From the NCBI GenBank assembly GCA_964388365.1, contig CAYMAF010000001.1:3526-67525 (forward strand): DNA of 64,000 bases. Reading direction: 5' to 3'. The notes under the pieces were generated by a model, which was not told the DNA's origin, did no database searches, and was given only the letters and a program-made list of their open reading frames with translations. This stretch comes from an uncultured Gammaproteobacteria bacterium. Its GTDB lineage: Bacteria; Pseudomonadota; Gammaproteobacteria; Steroidobacterales; Rariloculaceae. Shown here one piece after another: positions 1 to 8,495 of the stretch (position 1 is the first letter of the stretch; the number at the start of each line of letters is the position of its first letter). Both the position numbers and the translations under genes were made by a program.

Positions 1-187
1 GAGGGCATCGGGCTCCGGGCGTCGATTCGGAACGGGTCCCGGCGCAGCACCGCGCACGGACGCCGTTCGGCGAGGCCGGGAGTGTATCGGAATGGCCGCG
101 GCCGTGCGGCTCCGGCCGCAGCGCGGCCGTCAGGCCCGACGGCTGGCCTGTCGTCTGAGGTTTTCGTGCCGCGACGACCGTCCGTTA

Positions 188-203
188 ACGGTTAATCAAC
201 CGT
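188..203 (+). promoter_or_regulatory. Inverted repeat ACGGTT-N4-AACCGT in the leader of the first TonB-dependent receptor; candidate operator
   Basis: Read directly: acggttaatcaaccgt, embedded in GTTAACGGTTAATCAACCGTAGATAAC. It lies in the least GC-rich part of the leader, about 115 nt upstream of the ATG at 316. No known consensus matched. Confidence 0.25.
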
Positions 204-315
204 AGATAACTCCCTGACGCGAAAACGAATCGAGTACGTTCTGCCCGTATCGGGCAGCGTAGACCGCCGTCCGAGAGATACGTTGGATCTACGCTCCAAG
301 CCGGTGCAGAAGCCC

Positions 316-2313
316 ATGAATACCTCGATTCTTTGCCGCTGCTCGCTCGCGGCGGCCGTCGGTCTCGTCGTCTCGGCCCCGGTCTGCGCGCAATCCTTCG
401 ACGAGGAGCTCGTCGTGACGGGACGCCGCCTCGAGGAGACGATCCCTCAGGAGCTCGAGCGCTTCGGCAACCGCCTCGAGACCGTCGATCGGTCCGCGAT
501 CGATCTCGGCGGCTTCCATGACGTGTCGCAGACGCTGCAGATGCAGGTCCCGGCGTTCTACGTCGCGCCGAAGAACGGGCCGTTCGACTATATGAACTGC
601 TCGTTACAGGGCTCGCGCTGCGAGGACGTGCTGTTTCTCGTCGACGGCGTGCGGATCGCGAATCGCCTCTACAAAACGACGACCCCGCTCGACACGATCC
701 CCGCCCACACGATCGACCGGGTCGAGGTGCTCTACGGCGGGCAGGGCATCTTCTACGGGACGCAATCGGTCGCCGGCGTCGTGAATATCGTGACGAGCTC
801 GTTCAGCGGCGAGCCCGGCGGCAGCGTCGACATCGGCCTCGACGAGCACGGCGGTCGGCACGTCTCGGCCGACTATCGCACCGGTTTCGCCGGCCACCAC
901 TTCGTGCTGTTCGCGTCGCGGGACGAGTCGGACGGATTCGAGCCGTACGCCGACGAGGACATCGAGCCGAGCGCGACGCAGCGTAAGCGCGGCTACGAGG
1001 TCTCGACGTTCGGCTTGAAGTACGGCTACGACTTCTCGCCGAGCTCCCGGCTGTCCGTGCTGCTGCAGCGCACGGACAACGAAGTCGACAACGCGCTGCC
1101 GTACGGTATCGCGAAGCGGGTGAATCGGCGCGTCGAGGATCTCGTCACGCTGAAATGGGACTATGCGATCGGCGAGGACGTCGATTTCTACATCAAGGCG
1201 TACTACCACGACTGGGATACTCGATGGGACGATATCCGCAACGATATCGGGCCGGACGGCACGTTGACCGGCACGCAGACCGTGCTCTTCGCCGACACGT
1301 TCTGGGGCTTCGAGGATTACGGCGTGACGGCGCTCGCTAGCATCCGCGCAAACGACGCGATCGAGTATTCCGTCGGGTACGACTATCAGCGCTTCTGGGG
1401 TCACGACGACGTCTGGCGGATCGACGACAAGACCGAGACCGCGCACGCGCTCTACGGTCAGGTGCGCACGTCCGATACGGTGCTCCCGAATTCCGACCTC
1501 GCGTTCGGCGTGCGCTACAACACGACGAGCGGCAACGCCGACGGCACCGTCTGGAACTTCAGCGGCCGCCATGACCTCACGGACCGCCTGTATCTGCGCG
1601 GCCAGATCGGCACGTCGTTCCGTCTCCCGGACGCCGAGGAGCTCTATCTCAACGAGGAGAACGCGGAGGCGGGCAACCCGAACCTCGAATCGGAGGAGAG
1701 CCGCAATTTCGAGATCGGCCTCGGCGGCGGATCCGCGAGCGGAACGTTCGGCTGGCAGCTAGTCTACTTCGCGCGCGAGGTCGACAACCTGATCGGTGTC
1801 GATTTCGACGACCCGGCGTTCCCGGACGGCATCTACACGAACTTCGATCGCACCGCGAAATTCGACGGCTTCGAGCTGATTCTGAACGGCAACCTGACCG
1901 ATACGCTTTCGGCGAGCCTCAGCGTAACGGTGAGCGATGCCCGGCTCGAGGGCGCGAGCGGCCAGATCCAGGATATTCCCGAGTCGCTCGCGAAACTCGG
2001 GTTGACTTACCGGCCGACGGCCGCGCCGCTCGAGCTCGGCGTCTCGCTTCTCCGCGTCGGCGATGTCTACGACGACGTGAGCCGGATCGGGCGTATCGAG
2101 CACGGCGGATATACCGTCGTCGACTTGAGCGGCGCGTACTATCTCGACCCTGCACGGCGCCATCGCATCGGCGTCAGGGTCGAGAACGTGTTCGACGAGG
2201 AGTACGCGACGTCGCTCGGCCGAGGGGCGCGCGATATCGACGGCTCGGCGTACGCGTACCGCAATCTCGGCGCGCCGCGCGGTGTGACGTTGAGCTACGG
2301 CTTCCGCTGGTGA
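316..2313 (+). CDS. TonB-dependent outer-membrane receptor
   Basis: ORF 283..2313 starts at TTG. The first ATG at 316 gives signal peptide MNTSILCRCSLAAAVGLVVSAPVCAQ. Plug-type motifs EELVVTGRR and DRVEVLYGGQGIFYGTQSVAGVVNIVT are present. The long Y/D/G/T-rich barrel ends in YGFRW, an aromatic terminus. Confidence 0.9.
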   Translation: MNTSILCRCSLAAAVGLVVSAPVCAQSFDEELVVTGRRLEETIPQELERFGNRLETVDRSAIDLGGFHDVSQTLQMQVPAFYVAPKNGPFDYMNCSLQGSRCEDVLFLVDGVRIANRLYKTTTPLDTIPAHTIDRVEVLYGGQGIFYGTQSVAGVVNIVTSSFSGEPGGSVDIGLDEHGGRHVSADYRTGFAGHHFVLFASRDESDGFEPYADEDIEPSATQRKRGYEVSTFGLKYGYDFSPSSRLSVLLQRTDNEVDNALPYGIAKRVNRRVEDLVTLKWDYAIGEDVDFYIKAYYHDWDTRWDDIRNDIGPDGTLTGTQTVLFADTFWGFEDYGVTALASIRANDAIEYSVGYDYQRFWGHDDVWRIDDKTETAHALYGQVRTSDTVLPNSDLAFGVRYNTTSGNADGTVWNFSGRHDLTDRLYLRGQIGTSFRLPDAEELYLNEENAEAGNPNLESEESRNFEIGLGGGSASGTFGWQLVYFAREVDNLIGVDFDDPAFPDGIYTNFDRTAKFDGFELILNGNLTDTLSASLSVTVSDARLEGASGQIQDIPESLAKLGLTYRPTAAPLELGVSLLRVGDVYDDVSRIGRIEHGGYTVVDLSGAYYLDPARRHRIGVRVENVFDEEYATSLGRGARDIDGSAYAYRNLGAPRGVTLSYGFRW

Positions 2314-2319
2314 GCGAGG

Positions 2320-3354
2320 CTACTCGTCGATCAGCGTCTGGTCCGGGTTCTCGGGCCGGCATTCGAACGGCTGGATCTCGAGATCGGACGGCGCGTACGT
2401 CGCCGTCGCCGGCGGAAAGCGGCGCGTGAAGAAGACGGGATCGTCGAACACGATCGAGACTTCGAGCCGATTCGTCTCCGCGTCGAAACGTACGCGCTCG
2501 ACCGACGTCAGCGCCTCCGAGTGCAGCATGCCCCGGATCGGCATCCCCGGCGTCTCGACGTACTGGCTCAGCACGCCGGCCGAATAGTTCGCCGTCTCGA
2601 TCACGAGCGTGTCGCCTTCGAAGCGGCCGATCGAATGGCCGAGCGTCGTGCGCGGGCCGTCGGCCGGATGCTCGGTGACATCGAGATGGACGATGCGCTC
2701 GACGTCCATCCACTCGTGCTTCAGGATGATCTTGCTGCCGTCCCGTCGGATCGACAGCGGCGTGCCCGGCGCGAACCACACGCGCCGAATCGATACCGGA
2801 TTGCAGCGGAACGTCGGATCGTCGGTGAACGGATCGTACGCCGCGACCGCGGCCTCGCCGGCCGGCGTCATGAAGCTCAGCATCGGCTGGTCTCCGCTCG
2901 GCGTGCTGCTCGCCGTCTCGCGCATCCACGTCCCGTAGATGTCGCGGCGACTGATCTCCTCGCGGCTCGAGGCCGCGCCGCGAGGCCCGTTTACGTCGAG
3001 CACGCGGCCGTCCTCGAGCTCGACCGACGTGAAAAAGCAGCCGTAGGGATTGCGGCGCGCTTGCGAACCGCGCAGCGTCACGACGGTGCCAGGCGTGAGC
3101 ATCTCTGGCCGAATGCCGTTGCGCGAGAGCTGCGTGACGCTGTGCGACTCGCAAACGTACTCGCGCGTGAGGCCGTTCTCGTCGACGGCCGAAACGTGCA
3201 GATACGCATGCGGATTGCGCCGCTCGAGCTCGATGACCGTACCGGTGATCACGACGGGCTTGTCGGCATCGAAGTGCGGCGCGAAAGCGTGGTGCGCGGC
3301 CGCGTGCGGCACGACGCCGAGCAACAGGGCAAGCGTCAGGGTCCGTAGTCTCAT
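2320..3354 (-). CDS. Secreted fusion protein: N-terminal DUF6152-like module plus C-terminal domain of the unknown family repeated in this window
   Basis: ORF 2320..3483. The internal ATG at 3354 gives signal MRLRTLTLALLLGVVPHAAA followed by HHAFAP. The N-terminal part shares HH, RNPHAYLHV and VVTLRG with the small proteins at 24765..25166 and 35681..36088. The C-terminal part shares LGHSIGRFEGDTLVIETANY, SVERVRF, DDP and FEC with 25163..25957 and 34846..35679. Confidence 0.8.
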   Translation of the reverse strand: MRLRTLTLALLLGVVPHAAAHHAFAPHFDADKPVVITGTVIELERRNPHAYLHVSAVDENGLTREYVCESHSVTQLSRNGIRPEMLTPGTVVTLRGSQARRNPYGCFFTSVELEDGRVLDVNGPRGAASSREEISRRDIYGTWMRETASSTPSGDQPMLSFMTPAGEAAVAAYDPFTDDPTFRCNPVSIRRVWFAPGTPLSIRRDGSKIILKHEWMDVERIVHLDVTEHPADGPRTTLGHSIGRFEGDTLVIETANYSAGVLSQYVETPGMPIRGMLHSEALTSVERVRFDAETNRLEVSIVFDDPVFFTRRFPPATATYAPSDLEIQPFECRPENPDQTLIDE

Positions 3355-3566
3355 TCTCGAGCCTCTGCCCAGGGGGCGATCGTCGCAGACTATACCGGAA
3401 GCCGAGCCTCGGAGAGGCCGGAAATCCAAAGCGGCGATCGCCCGGAGCCGCGGGGAGCGCGGCTCGGAGGCCGCGGCCCGCAAGCCGCGATGGCTTCGGT
3501 CGAGGTAGTATCGCGGGAAGCTGCGCCGACATCGCCGCGAAGCGGACCGAAGGAGTGATCACGAGC

Positions 3567-4733
3567 ATGCCGACCGACGATACCGCACAGCGTCTCTTCC
3601 ACGGGCTCGACGCTATCCGCCGGCTCGTCCGCGATCACGCCGCGGAGGCGGACCGCCGCTTCGCGCTGACCGACGACGTCGTGCGCGCGCTCGTGCAGCA
3701 CCGCCTGTTCCGGCTGTGGATTCCACTCCGCTACGACGGCCTCGAGCTCGGCCTTCCGGACGCGCTCGAGATTTATCAGGCGGCGGCCCGGATCGACGGC
3801 TCGTTCGGTTGGGCCGTGATGATCGGGGCGGGCGGCGGACTCTTCGGCGCGTATCTCGAAGAGCCCTCGGCGCGTGCGATCTTCGCTCCTTCGAATGCCG
3901 TGATCGCCGGCTCGGGCGCGCCGGACGGGCGGGCCGAGCGCGTGCCCGGCGGCTATCGCGTGCGCGGCCGCTGGCGCTACGCGAGTGGCGCGCCGTATGC
4001 GACGACGTTCACCGCGAACTGCATCGTCACGAGCGGCGGCGAGCCCGTCGAAGGCGAAGACGGCGCGCCGCTCGTCAGAGCGATGGCGTTTCCGCGTACC
4101 GACGTCGAGATCGTCGAGACCTGGGATGCCGTCGGGATGCGCGCGACGTCGAGCCACGACTTTAGAGTCGACGACGTCTTCGTGCCCGAGGCGATGAGCT
4201 TCAGCGTGTTCACGGATCCGCCCCGCGAGCCGGGCCCGCTGTATCGGTTGCCGTTCCAGGTGCTCACCGAGCTTCCGGTGCTGGCCGTCGCGCTCGGGAT
4301 CGCGAGGCATGCGCTCGATGCGTTCGTCGAGCTCGGCGCCGGCAAGAAGATGCTGGGATCGAAGGCCGTGCTCGGCGACGACGCGACCGCTAGGGCCGCG
4401 TTCGCCGACGCGCATGCCGCCTGGCGAATCGCGCGCGACGCCGCTCGCGGGCTCGCGGAGCGGGCATGGCGAGCGGCGATTACGGGGCGCGAGCTGACCG
4501 AAGCGGAGCTCGCGGAGATCACGGCGGCGAGCGTGCATGCGGTTCGGCGTTTGCAAGCCGCGGTCGACGAGATGGCGGCGATCGCCGGGATGACGGGTAT
4601 CGAACACGGCTCGGAGCTCGGGCGGGCTCGGCGCGATCTGTTGGCGCTCGGCGCGCACGTCGCGGTCTCGCCGCGGCAGCTCGCAAACGCGGGTCGGGTG
4701 CTGCTTACGCCGGGCGCGTACGTTTCGCGGTGA
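3567..4733 (+). CDS. Acyl-CoA dehydrogenase family protein (flavin-dependent dehydrogenase/monooxygenase-like)
   Basis: ORF 3555..4733 starts at GTG. The ATG at 3567 is preceded by GAAGGAG about 11 nt upstream. Family-typical segments: LFRLWIPLRYDGLEL, GSFGWAVMIGAGGG, GGYRVRGRWRYASGAPYA, VETWDAVGMRATSSHDFRVDDVFVPE. Confidence 0.8.
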   Translation: MPTDDTAQRLFHGLDAIRRLVRDHAAEADRRFALTDDVVRALVQHRLFRLWIPLRYDGLELGLPDALEIYQAAARIDGSFGWAVMIGAGGGLFGAYLEEPSARAIFAPSNAVIAGSGAPDGRAERVPGGYRVRGRWRYASGAPYATTFTANCIVTSGGEPVEGEDGAPLVRAMAFPRTDVEIVETWDAVGMRATSSHDFRVDDVFVPEAMSFSVFTDPPREPGPLYRLPFQVLTELPVLAVALGIARHALDAFVELGAGKKMLGSKAVLGDDATARAAFADAHAAWRIARDAARGLAERAWRAAITGRELTEAELAEITAASVHAVRRLQAAVDEMAAIAGMTGIEHGSELGRARRDLLALGAHVAVSPRQLANAGRVLLTPGAYVSR

Positions 4734-4871
4734 CACGCTTCGGGTGTTTCGTTTCCTCGCTGCGGGTGCCGGCCGAGAGCCGCTCGGCGCTCCGAATTTG
4801 TGACTCAAACCCGCGTCAGCGCCGCAGCGATGCGGCTGAATGTCCTGTCCGGCTCAGCCGACGGACGGCTC

Positions 4872-5639
4872 ATGCTTCGAAAACTTCGTATCGCCGCGCT
4901 GCTCTATGTCCTCTTGTTCGTCGCCGTCGGCCACGTGCTGACGCAAGTGCGAGCTCGATCCTGGGAAGACACGCTGCTCGTCACGGTGCATCCGGTCGCG
5001 GGCGACGACTCGCCGGCGACCCGTGCGAGGATCGAGCGGCTCGATCCGTCGGAGCTCGAGCCGCTCGTCGTATTCTTCGCGAAGGAGGCGTCGCGCTACG
5101 GGGTGCTCGTCGCGACGCCGTTGAGCTTTCAGCTCGCCCATCCAGGTGCGAACGCGTTGCCTCGGAACCGCGGCCGATCGTTCGTCGACGCGCTCGCCTT
5201 CAGCTTGCGTTTGCGATGGGCCGCGCTGATCGCGAACCGACGCGCGGACCTGCCGTCTCCCGATATCACGCTGTTCGTCGTCTTCCACGACGGCGCCGTG
5301 ACGCCGACGCTCGAGCATTCGGTCGGGCTGCGGAAGGGCCTGGTCGCCGTCGCGAACGTGTTCGCGGATCCGTCCGCCGTCGGATCGAACCGCGTCGTGA
5401 TCGCGCACGAGCTGCTCCATACGCTGGGCGCCACGGACAAATATGATCCGCAGACGAACTTGCCGGTCTACCCCGAAGGCTATGCCGACCCGGATGCCGT
5501 GCCGCTCTATCCTCAGGCGAAGGGCGAGCTGATGGCGGGGCGCATACCGCGGAGCGCGGCGAGCGCGGACATCCCCACGGGGCTCGACGCGGTCGTCGTC
5601 GGGCCGGTCACGGCCGCGGAGATCGGCTGGATAAGATGA
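4872..5639 (+). CDS. Membrane-anchored hypothetical protein with HExxH motif (putative zinc metallopeptidase-like)
   Basis: ORF 4800..5639 (GTG), with ATGs at 4830 and 4872. The 4872 start gives an N-terminal anchor MLRKLRIAALLYVLLFVAVGHVL. There is a single VIAHELLHTLGATDKYD motif. The start choice is uncertain. Confidence 0.6.
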   Translation: MLRKLRIAALLYVLLFVAVGHVLTQVRARSWEDTLLVTVHPVAGDDSPATRARIERLDPSELEPLVVFFAKEASRYGVLVATPLSFQLAHPGANALPRNRGRSFVDALAFSLRLRWAALIANRRADLPSPDITLFVVFHDGAVTPTLEHSVGLRKGLVAVANVFADPSAVGSNRVVIAHELLHTLGATDKYDPQTNLPVYPEGYADPDAVPLYPQAKGELMAGRIPRSAASADIPTGLDAVVVGPVTAAEIGWIR

Positions 5640-5693
5640 CCGAAACGGGCTCGCGGTCGTGCGGCTCGCACTTTTTCGTATGCCGCGGTATGA

Positions 5694-6131
5694 ATGAGCC
5701 GATCGGCCGACGACCTTTTACCGGTGAGCACTCATCTATTCGTATACGGCACGTTACGGCGGGGCTATCGAGGCGAGATGCAAGCGCTCCTCGAGCGCCG
5801 TGCCGAGTTCGTCGACACGGCGTTGTTCCGCGGCCGGCTCTTCCTCGTCGACGATTATCCCGGTGCGATCCCTTCGTCGAAGCCGGACGACATCGTGCAC
5901 GGCGACGTTTTTCGCTTACGCGATCCAGCCCTCGTGCTCGCCGAGCTCGACGCATACGAGCGGTGCGGCGCAGAAGGCTCCGGTAGCGAGTACTACCGTA
6001 AGCAGGCCGCCGTGCGGCTCAGCTCCGGCCGTCGTATCGACGCATGGATCTACCTCTACGGCCGGCCGACGCTCGCGCTTCGGCCCATTCCGTGCGGCGA
6101 CTATCTTCGCTGCGTAAGACTGCTCGGCTGA
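5694..6131 (+). CDS. Gamma-glutamylcyclotransferase (AIG2/GGACT-like) family protein
   Basis: The 145-aa ORF carries the LFVYGTLRRGY signature, FRGRLFLVDDYPGAIP and EYYRKQAAV...AWIYLY. The ATG at 5694 was verified. Confidence 0.8.
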   Translation: MSRSADDLLPVSTHLFVYGTLRRGYRGEMQALLERRAEFVDTALFRGRLFLVDDYPGAIPSSKPDDIVHGDVFRLRDPALVLAELDAYERCGAEGSGSEYYRKQAAVRLSSGRRIDAWIYLYGRPTLALRPIPCGDYLRCVRLLG

Positions 6132-6196
6132 TCAATGCGGTCCGGGCGGCGCACTGCAGAGGCGAGCGGCGCGGGAACGCGCGCTCGACGCCGCGG

Positions 6197-6682
6197 CTAT
6201 AGCGTATAACCTGCTTCCTGGAGCATCTGCCGAATGCGCTGCTGGATTTGTGGCCCGAGCGACATGCCCCACGCTTGTCCGGCGAGCGCGCTCTGTTGCG
6301 CGATCGCCGGTTGCGCTTCGATGAGCTTTCGGCCGATATCACTCGTGTAAAACGCGATCAGCGCACGGATATCGTCGTGCGTGAAGTGTTGGTCGTAGAT
6401 GTCCGCAATCTGGCTCAGCAGCGACGGAGTGTGCTCCTCGAGGACGCTTTGAACCGCTTCCGGCAGCGCGTCGAGGACTTGCTGTGGGATGGCTGGGTTA
6501 TTCGCACGCACGACGTTCGCAAGCTGCGCGCCCATCAGCTGCGACATCTGCTGCGTGATCGCCGCGGCTTCCGTCATCGCCAGCAGCCGCTCGATATCCG
6601 CATGCTTCGGGTCTTGCGCAAACGCGGTCTGCGCCCAGATCGCTCCGGCGCAGACGATAAGGACGAGACGGGACGTTTTCAC
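6197..6682 (-). CDS. DUF2059-like periplasmic protein
   Basis: Signal peptide MKTSRLVLIVCAGAIWAQTAFA. A helical Q/A/L-rich body carries FTHDDIRALIAFYTSDIGRKLIE, typical of DUF2059. Confidence 0.75.
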   Translation of the reverse strand: MKTSRLVLIVCAGAIWAQTAFAQDPKHADIERLLAMTEAAAITQQMSQLMGAQLANVVRANNPAIPQQVLDALPEAVQSVLEEHTPSLLSQIADIYDQHFTHDDIRALIAFYTSDIGRKLIEAQPAIAQQSALAGQAWGMSLGPQIQQRIRQMLQEAGYTL

Positions 6683-6848
6683 TCGTTGTGCTCCTTCGGG
6701 TGTGCTCCCATGCCATTGGGCATATTCGTGGAGAATTATCGGATCGTCAATGTTATCGTTAATGACACGAGCGCCTCGGTGCCGTGGCGTTCGCGGTGCT
6801 CGGCCGAGCGCTCCCGCAGGCCGCGCGGCGCCGCGCTATCATGCGCTC

Positions 6849-7208
6849 GTGGCTAAGCTGCTGATCAATCTGCGCGGGGTTCCGGACGACGAGGCGGAGG
6901 AGATCCGCGAGCTGCTCGATGAGCACGGGATCGCGTATTACGAGACGCCGCCGAGTCGATGGGGAGTCTCCGCGGGGGGGATCTGGCTCCGCCGACGCGA
7001 GGATATCGAGCCGGCGGAGCGGCTGATGGCCGAGTATCAGCGGCGGCGCGCCGAGACCGCGCGCGCACGCTATCGAGCGGCGGCGCTCGAAGGCCTCCGC
7101 CCGTCGATATGGATGGTTTGTCGAGAGAACCCGGTCGGTGTCATCGCTGCGCTGATCGGTATCGCGTTTGCGATCGGGCTGCTGGCCTTGCCCTTCGTGC
7201 TCCTTTAG
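6849..7208 (+). CDS. DUF6164-like small membrane protein
   Basis: Lies in frame within ORF 6489..7208. The GTG at 6849 gives VAKLLINLRGVPDDEAEEIRELLDEHGIAYYETPPSRWGVSAGGIWL plus a C-terminal TM helix. The upstream part of the ORF overlaps the opposite-strand gene and looks like non-coding translation. No clear RBS. Confidence 0.6.
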   Translation: MAKLLINLRGVPDDEAEEIRELLDEHGIAYYETPPSRWGVSAGGIWLRRREDIEPAERLMAEYQRRRAETARARYRAAALEGLRPSIWMVCRENPVGVIAALIGIAFAIGLLALPFVLL

Positions 7209-7377
7209 CATCGGCCGGTGGGGCGGCTCGCGCTCGCCCGTTGCGCGGCGGCAATCTTCTTGTGGCCGCACCCGCTGCGGCGGTCGTCCGATCCTCGCCG
7301 TCGGCGCTCGCCGGCGCCGCTCCTCGTGAAACTACCGATGGCGCGCTGGCCGAACGCATGTTTTGTTCGCTTATGCG

Positions 7378-8265
7378 ATGCGTGTGCTCCTCGGCATAGA
7401 CGGCTCGCGCCATGCGCTCCGTGCCGCTCGCTTCATCGGCCAGTATCTCGCCGCGGACGACGAGGCCGAGCTTCATGTCGTTCACGCGCTGCCTCATGCG
7501 TCTACATCGGGCCGCCAGACGCGGGACGTCCGGCGCATCCCTTCGGATGTTCGAGCGATGCTGGACCGAGCGATCAGGCGGCTCGGCCCGCGCAAGCTCG
7601 ACGTGCGGCCGATCGTGCGGCGCGGGTTTCCAGCGACGGTCGTTCCCGAGCTTGCGATCGAAGGCGGCTACGATCTCGTCGTCGTTGGTGCGAAAGGGCG
7701 CAGCGATGCGCCGTTTCTCGATCTCGGCAGCGTCGCGCTCGCGGTGCTCGAGCATGTGCCGACGAGCGTGCTGATGACGCGCGAGCGCGATCCGCGGCGC
7801 CGACAGCCGCGTCCGAGCGAGAGGTTCCGCATCGTCTTCGCGACGGACGGCTCGACCTACGCGAAGACGGCGGCGGACGCGTTTTTTCGCTTCTTCGACA
7901 TTCCGGATCTCGCCGCGACGGCCGTCGCCGTTGCGGACGTGCCGAGCCCGACGGCGCTGCGCCGGATGTCCGCCCGGCAGCGCGAGGAGCACGTGACCCA
8001 CCTCGAGGAGGAGGCGGCGCGCTGGGTCGGCCAGCTCGGGAAGCAGCTCGAGCGGCACGACGTTCAGGCGGAAACGCGCGTCCTTCGGGGCCGGCCGGCG
8101 AGGGCGCTGGTCCGGGCCGCAGAGAAAGGCGATGCGGGCCTCATCGTGCTCGGCTCGCGCGGCACGCACGGCACCTGGCGGCCGCGTCTCGGCAGCACGG
8201 CGCTCGGCGTCGCGAGGCGCTCTCCGTGCACGGCGCTGATCGTTCGCTCGCCGACCGGCAGGTGA
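7378..8265 (+). CDS. Universal stress protein, tandem Usp domains
   Basis: ORF 7363..8265 starts at TTG; the first ATG is at 7378 (MRVLLGIDGS). There are two Usp repeats: LVVVGAKGRS...GSVALAVLEHVPTSVLMTR and LIVLGSRGTHG...LGSTALGVARRSPCTALIVRS. Confidence 0.85.
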   Translation: MRVLLGIDGSRHALRAARFIGQYLAADDEAELHVVHALPHASTSGRQTRDVRRIPSDVRAMLDRAIRRLGPRKLDVRPIVRRGFPATVVPELAIEGGYDLVVVGAKGRSDAPFLDLGSVALAVLEHVPTSVLMTRERDPRRRQPRPSERFRIVFATDGSTYAKTAADAFFRFFDIPDLAATAVAVADVPSPTALRRMSARQREEHVTHLEEEAARWVGQLGKQLERHDVQAETRVLRGRPARALVRAAEKGDAGLIVLGSRGTHGTWRPRLGSTALGVARRSPCTALIVRSPTGR

Positions 8266-8461
8266 GCCGAGTCACGGCGGCCGCCGGGGCTCCCGGCAGC
8301 TGCGGCAGCTCATTCCGCTCGCAGCGCGCCTATCGGGTCTACGTGCACCACGCGTCTTGCCGGAACATAGGCTGCCGCGACGGCCGTGAAGCCGAGCAGC
8401 CCTGCCGCGACCGTTCGATCCCGGAGCGGCCTGTCCCGGATTCGGGATCGGTGCGGATAAG

Positions 8462-8487
8462 CTCCGCGCAGCGGAGGCTGCGCGGAG
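8462..8487. terminator. GC-rich hairpin between convergent genes (candidate terminator)
   Basis: ctccgcgcagc-ggag-gctgcgcggag: an 11-bp perfect stem with a 4-nt loop, 8 nt beyond the stop of the minus-strand hydrolase gene. The trailing U-tract is poor. Confidence 0.45.
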
Positions 8488-8495
8488 CGCTGGCC

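Noticed and set aside
1-315. Cobalamin or TPP riboswitch upstream of the 665-aa TonB-dependent receptor
   Set aside because: I found no B12-box-like (GCCACTG / AGYCMGGAGACCKGCC) or TPP (CTGAGA...ACCTGATCTGGATAATGCCAGCG) core by eye, only generic GC stems. An Infernal scan would be decisive.
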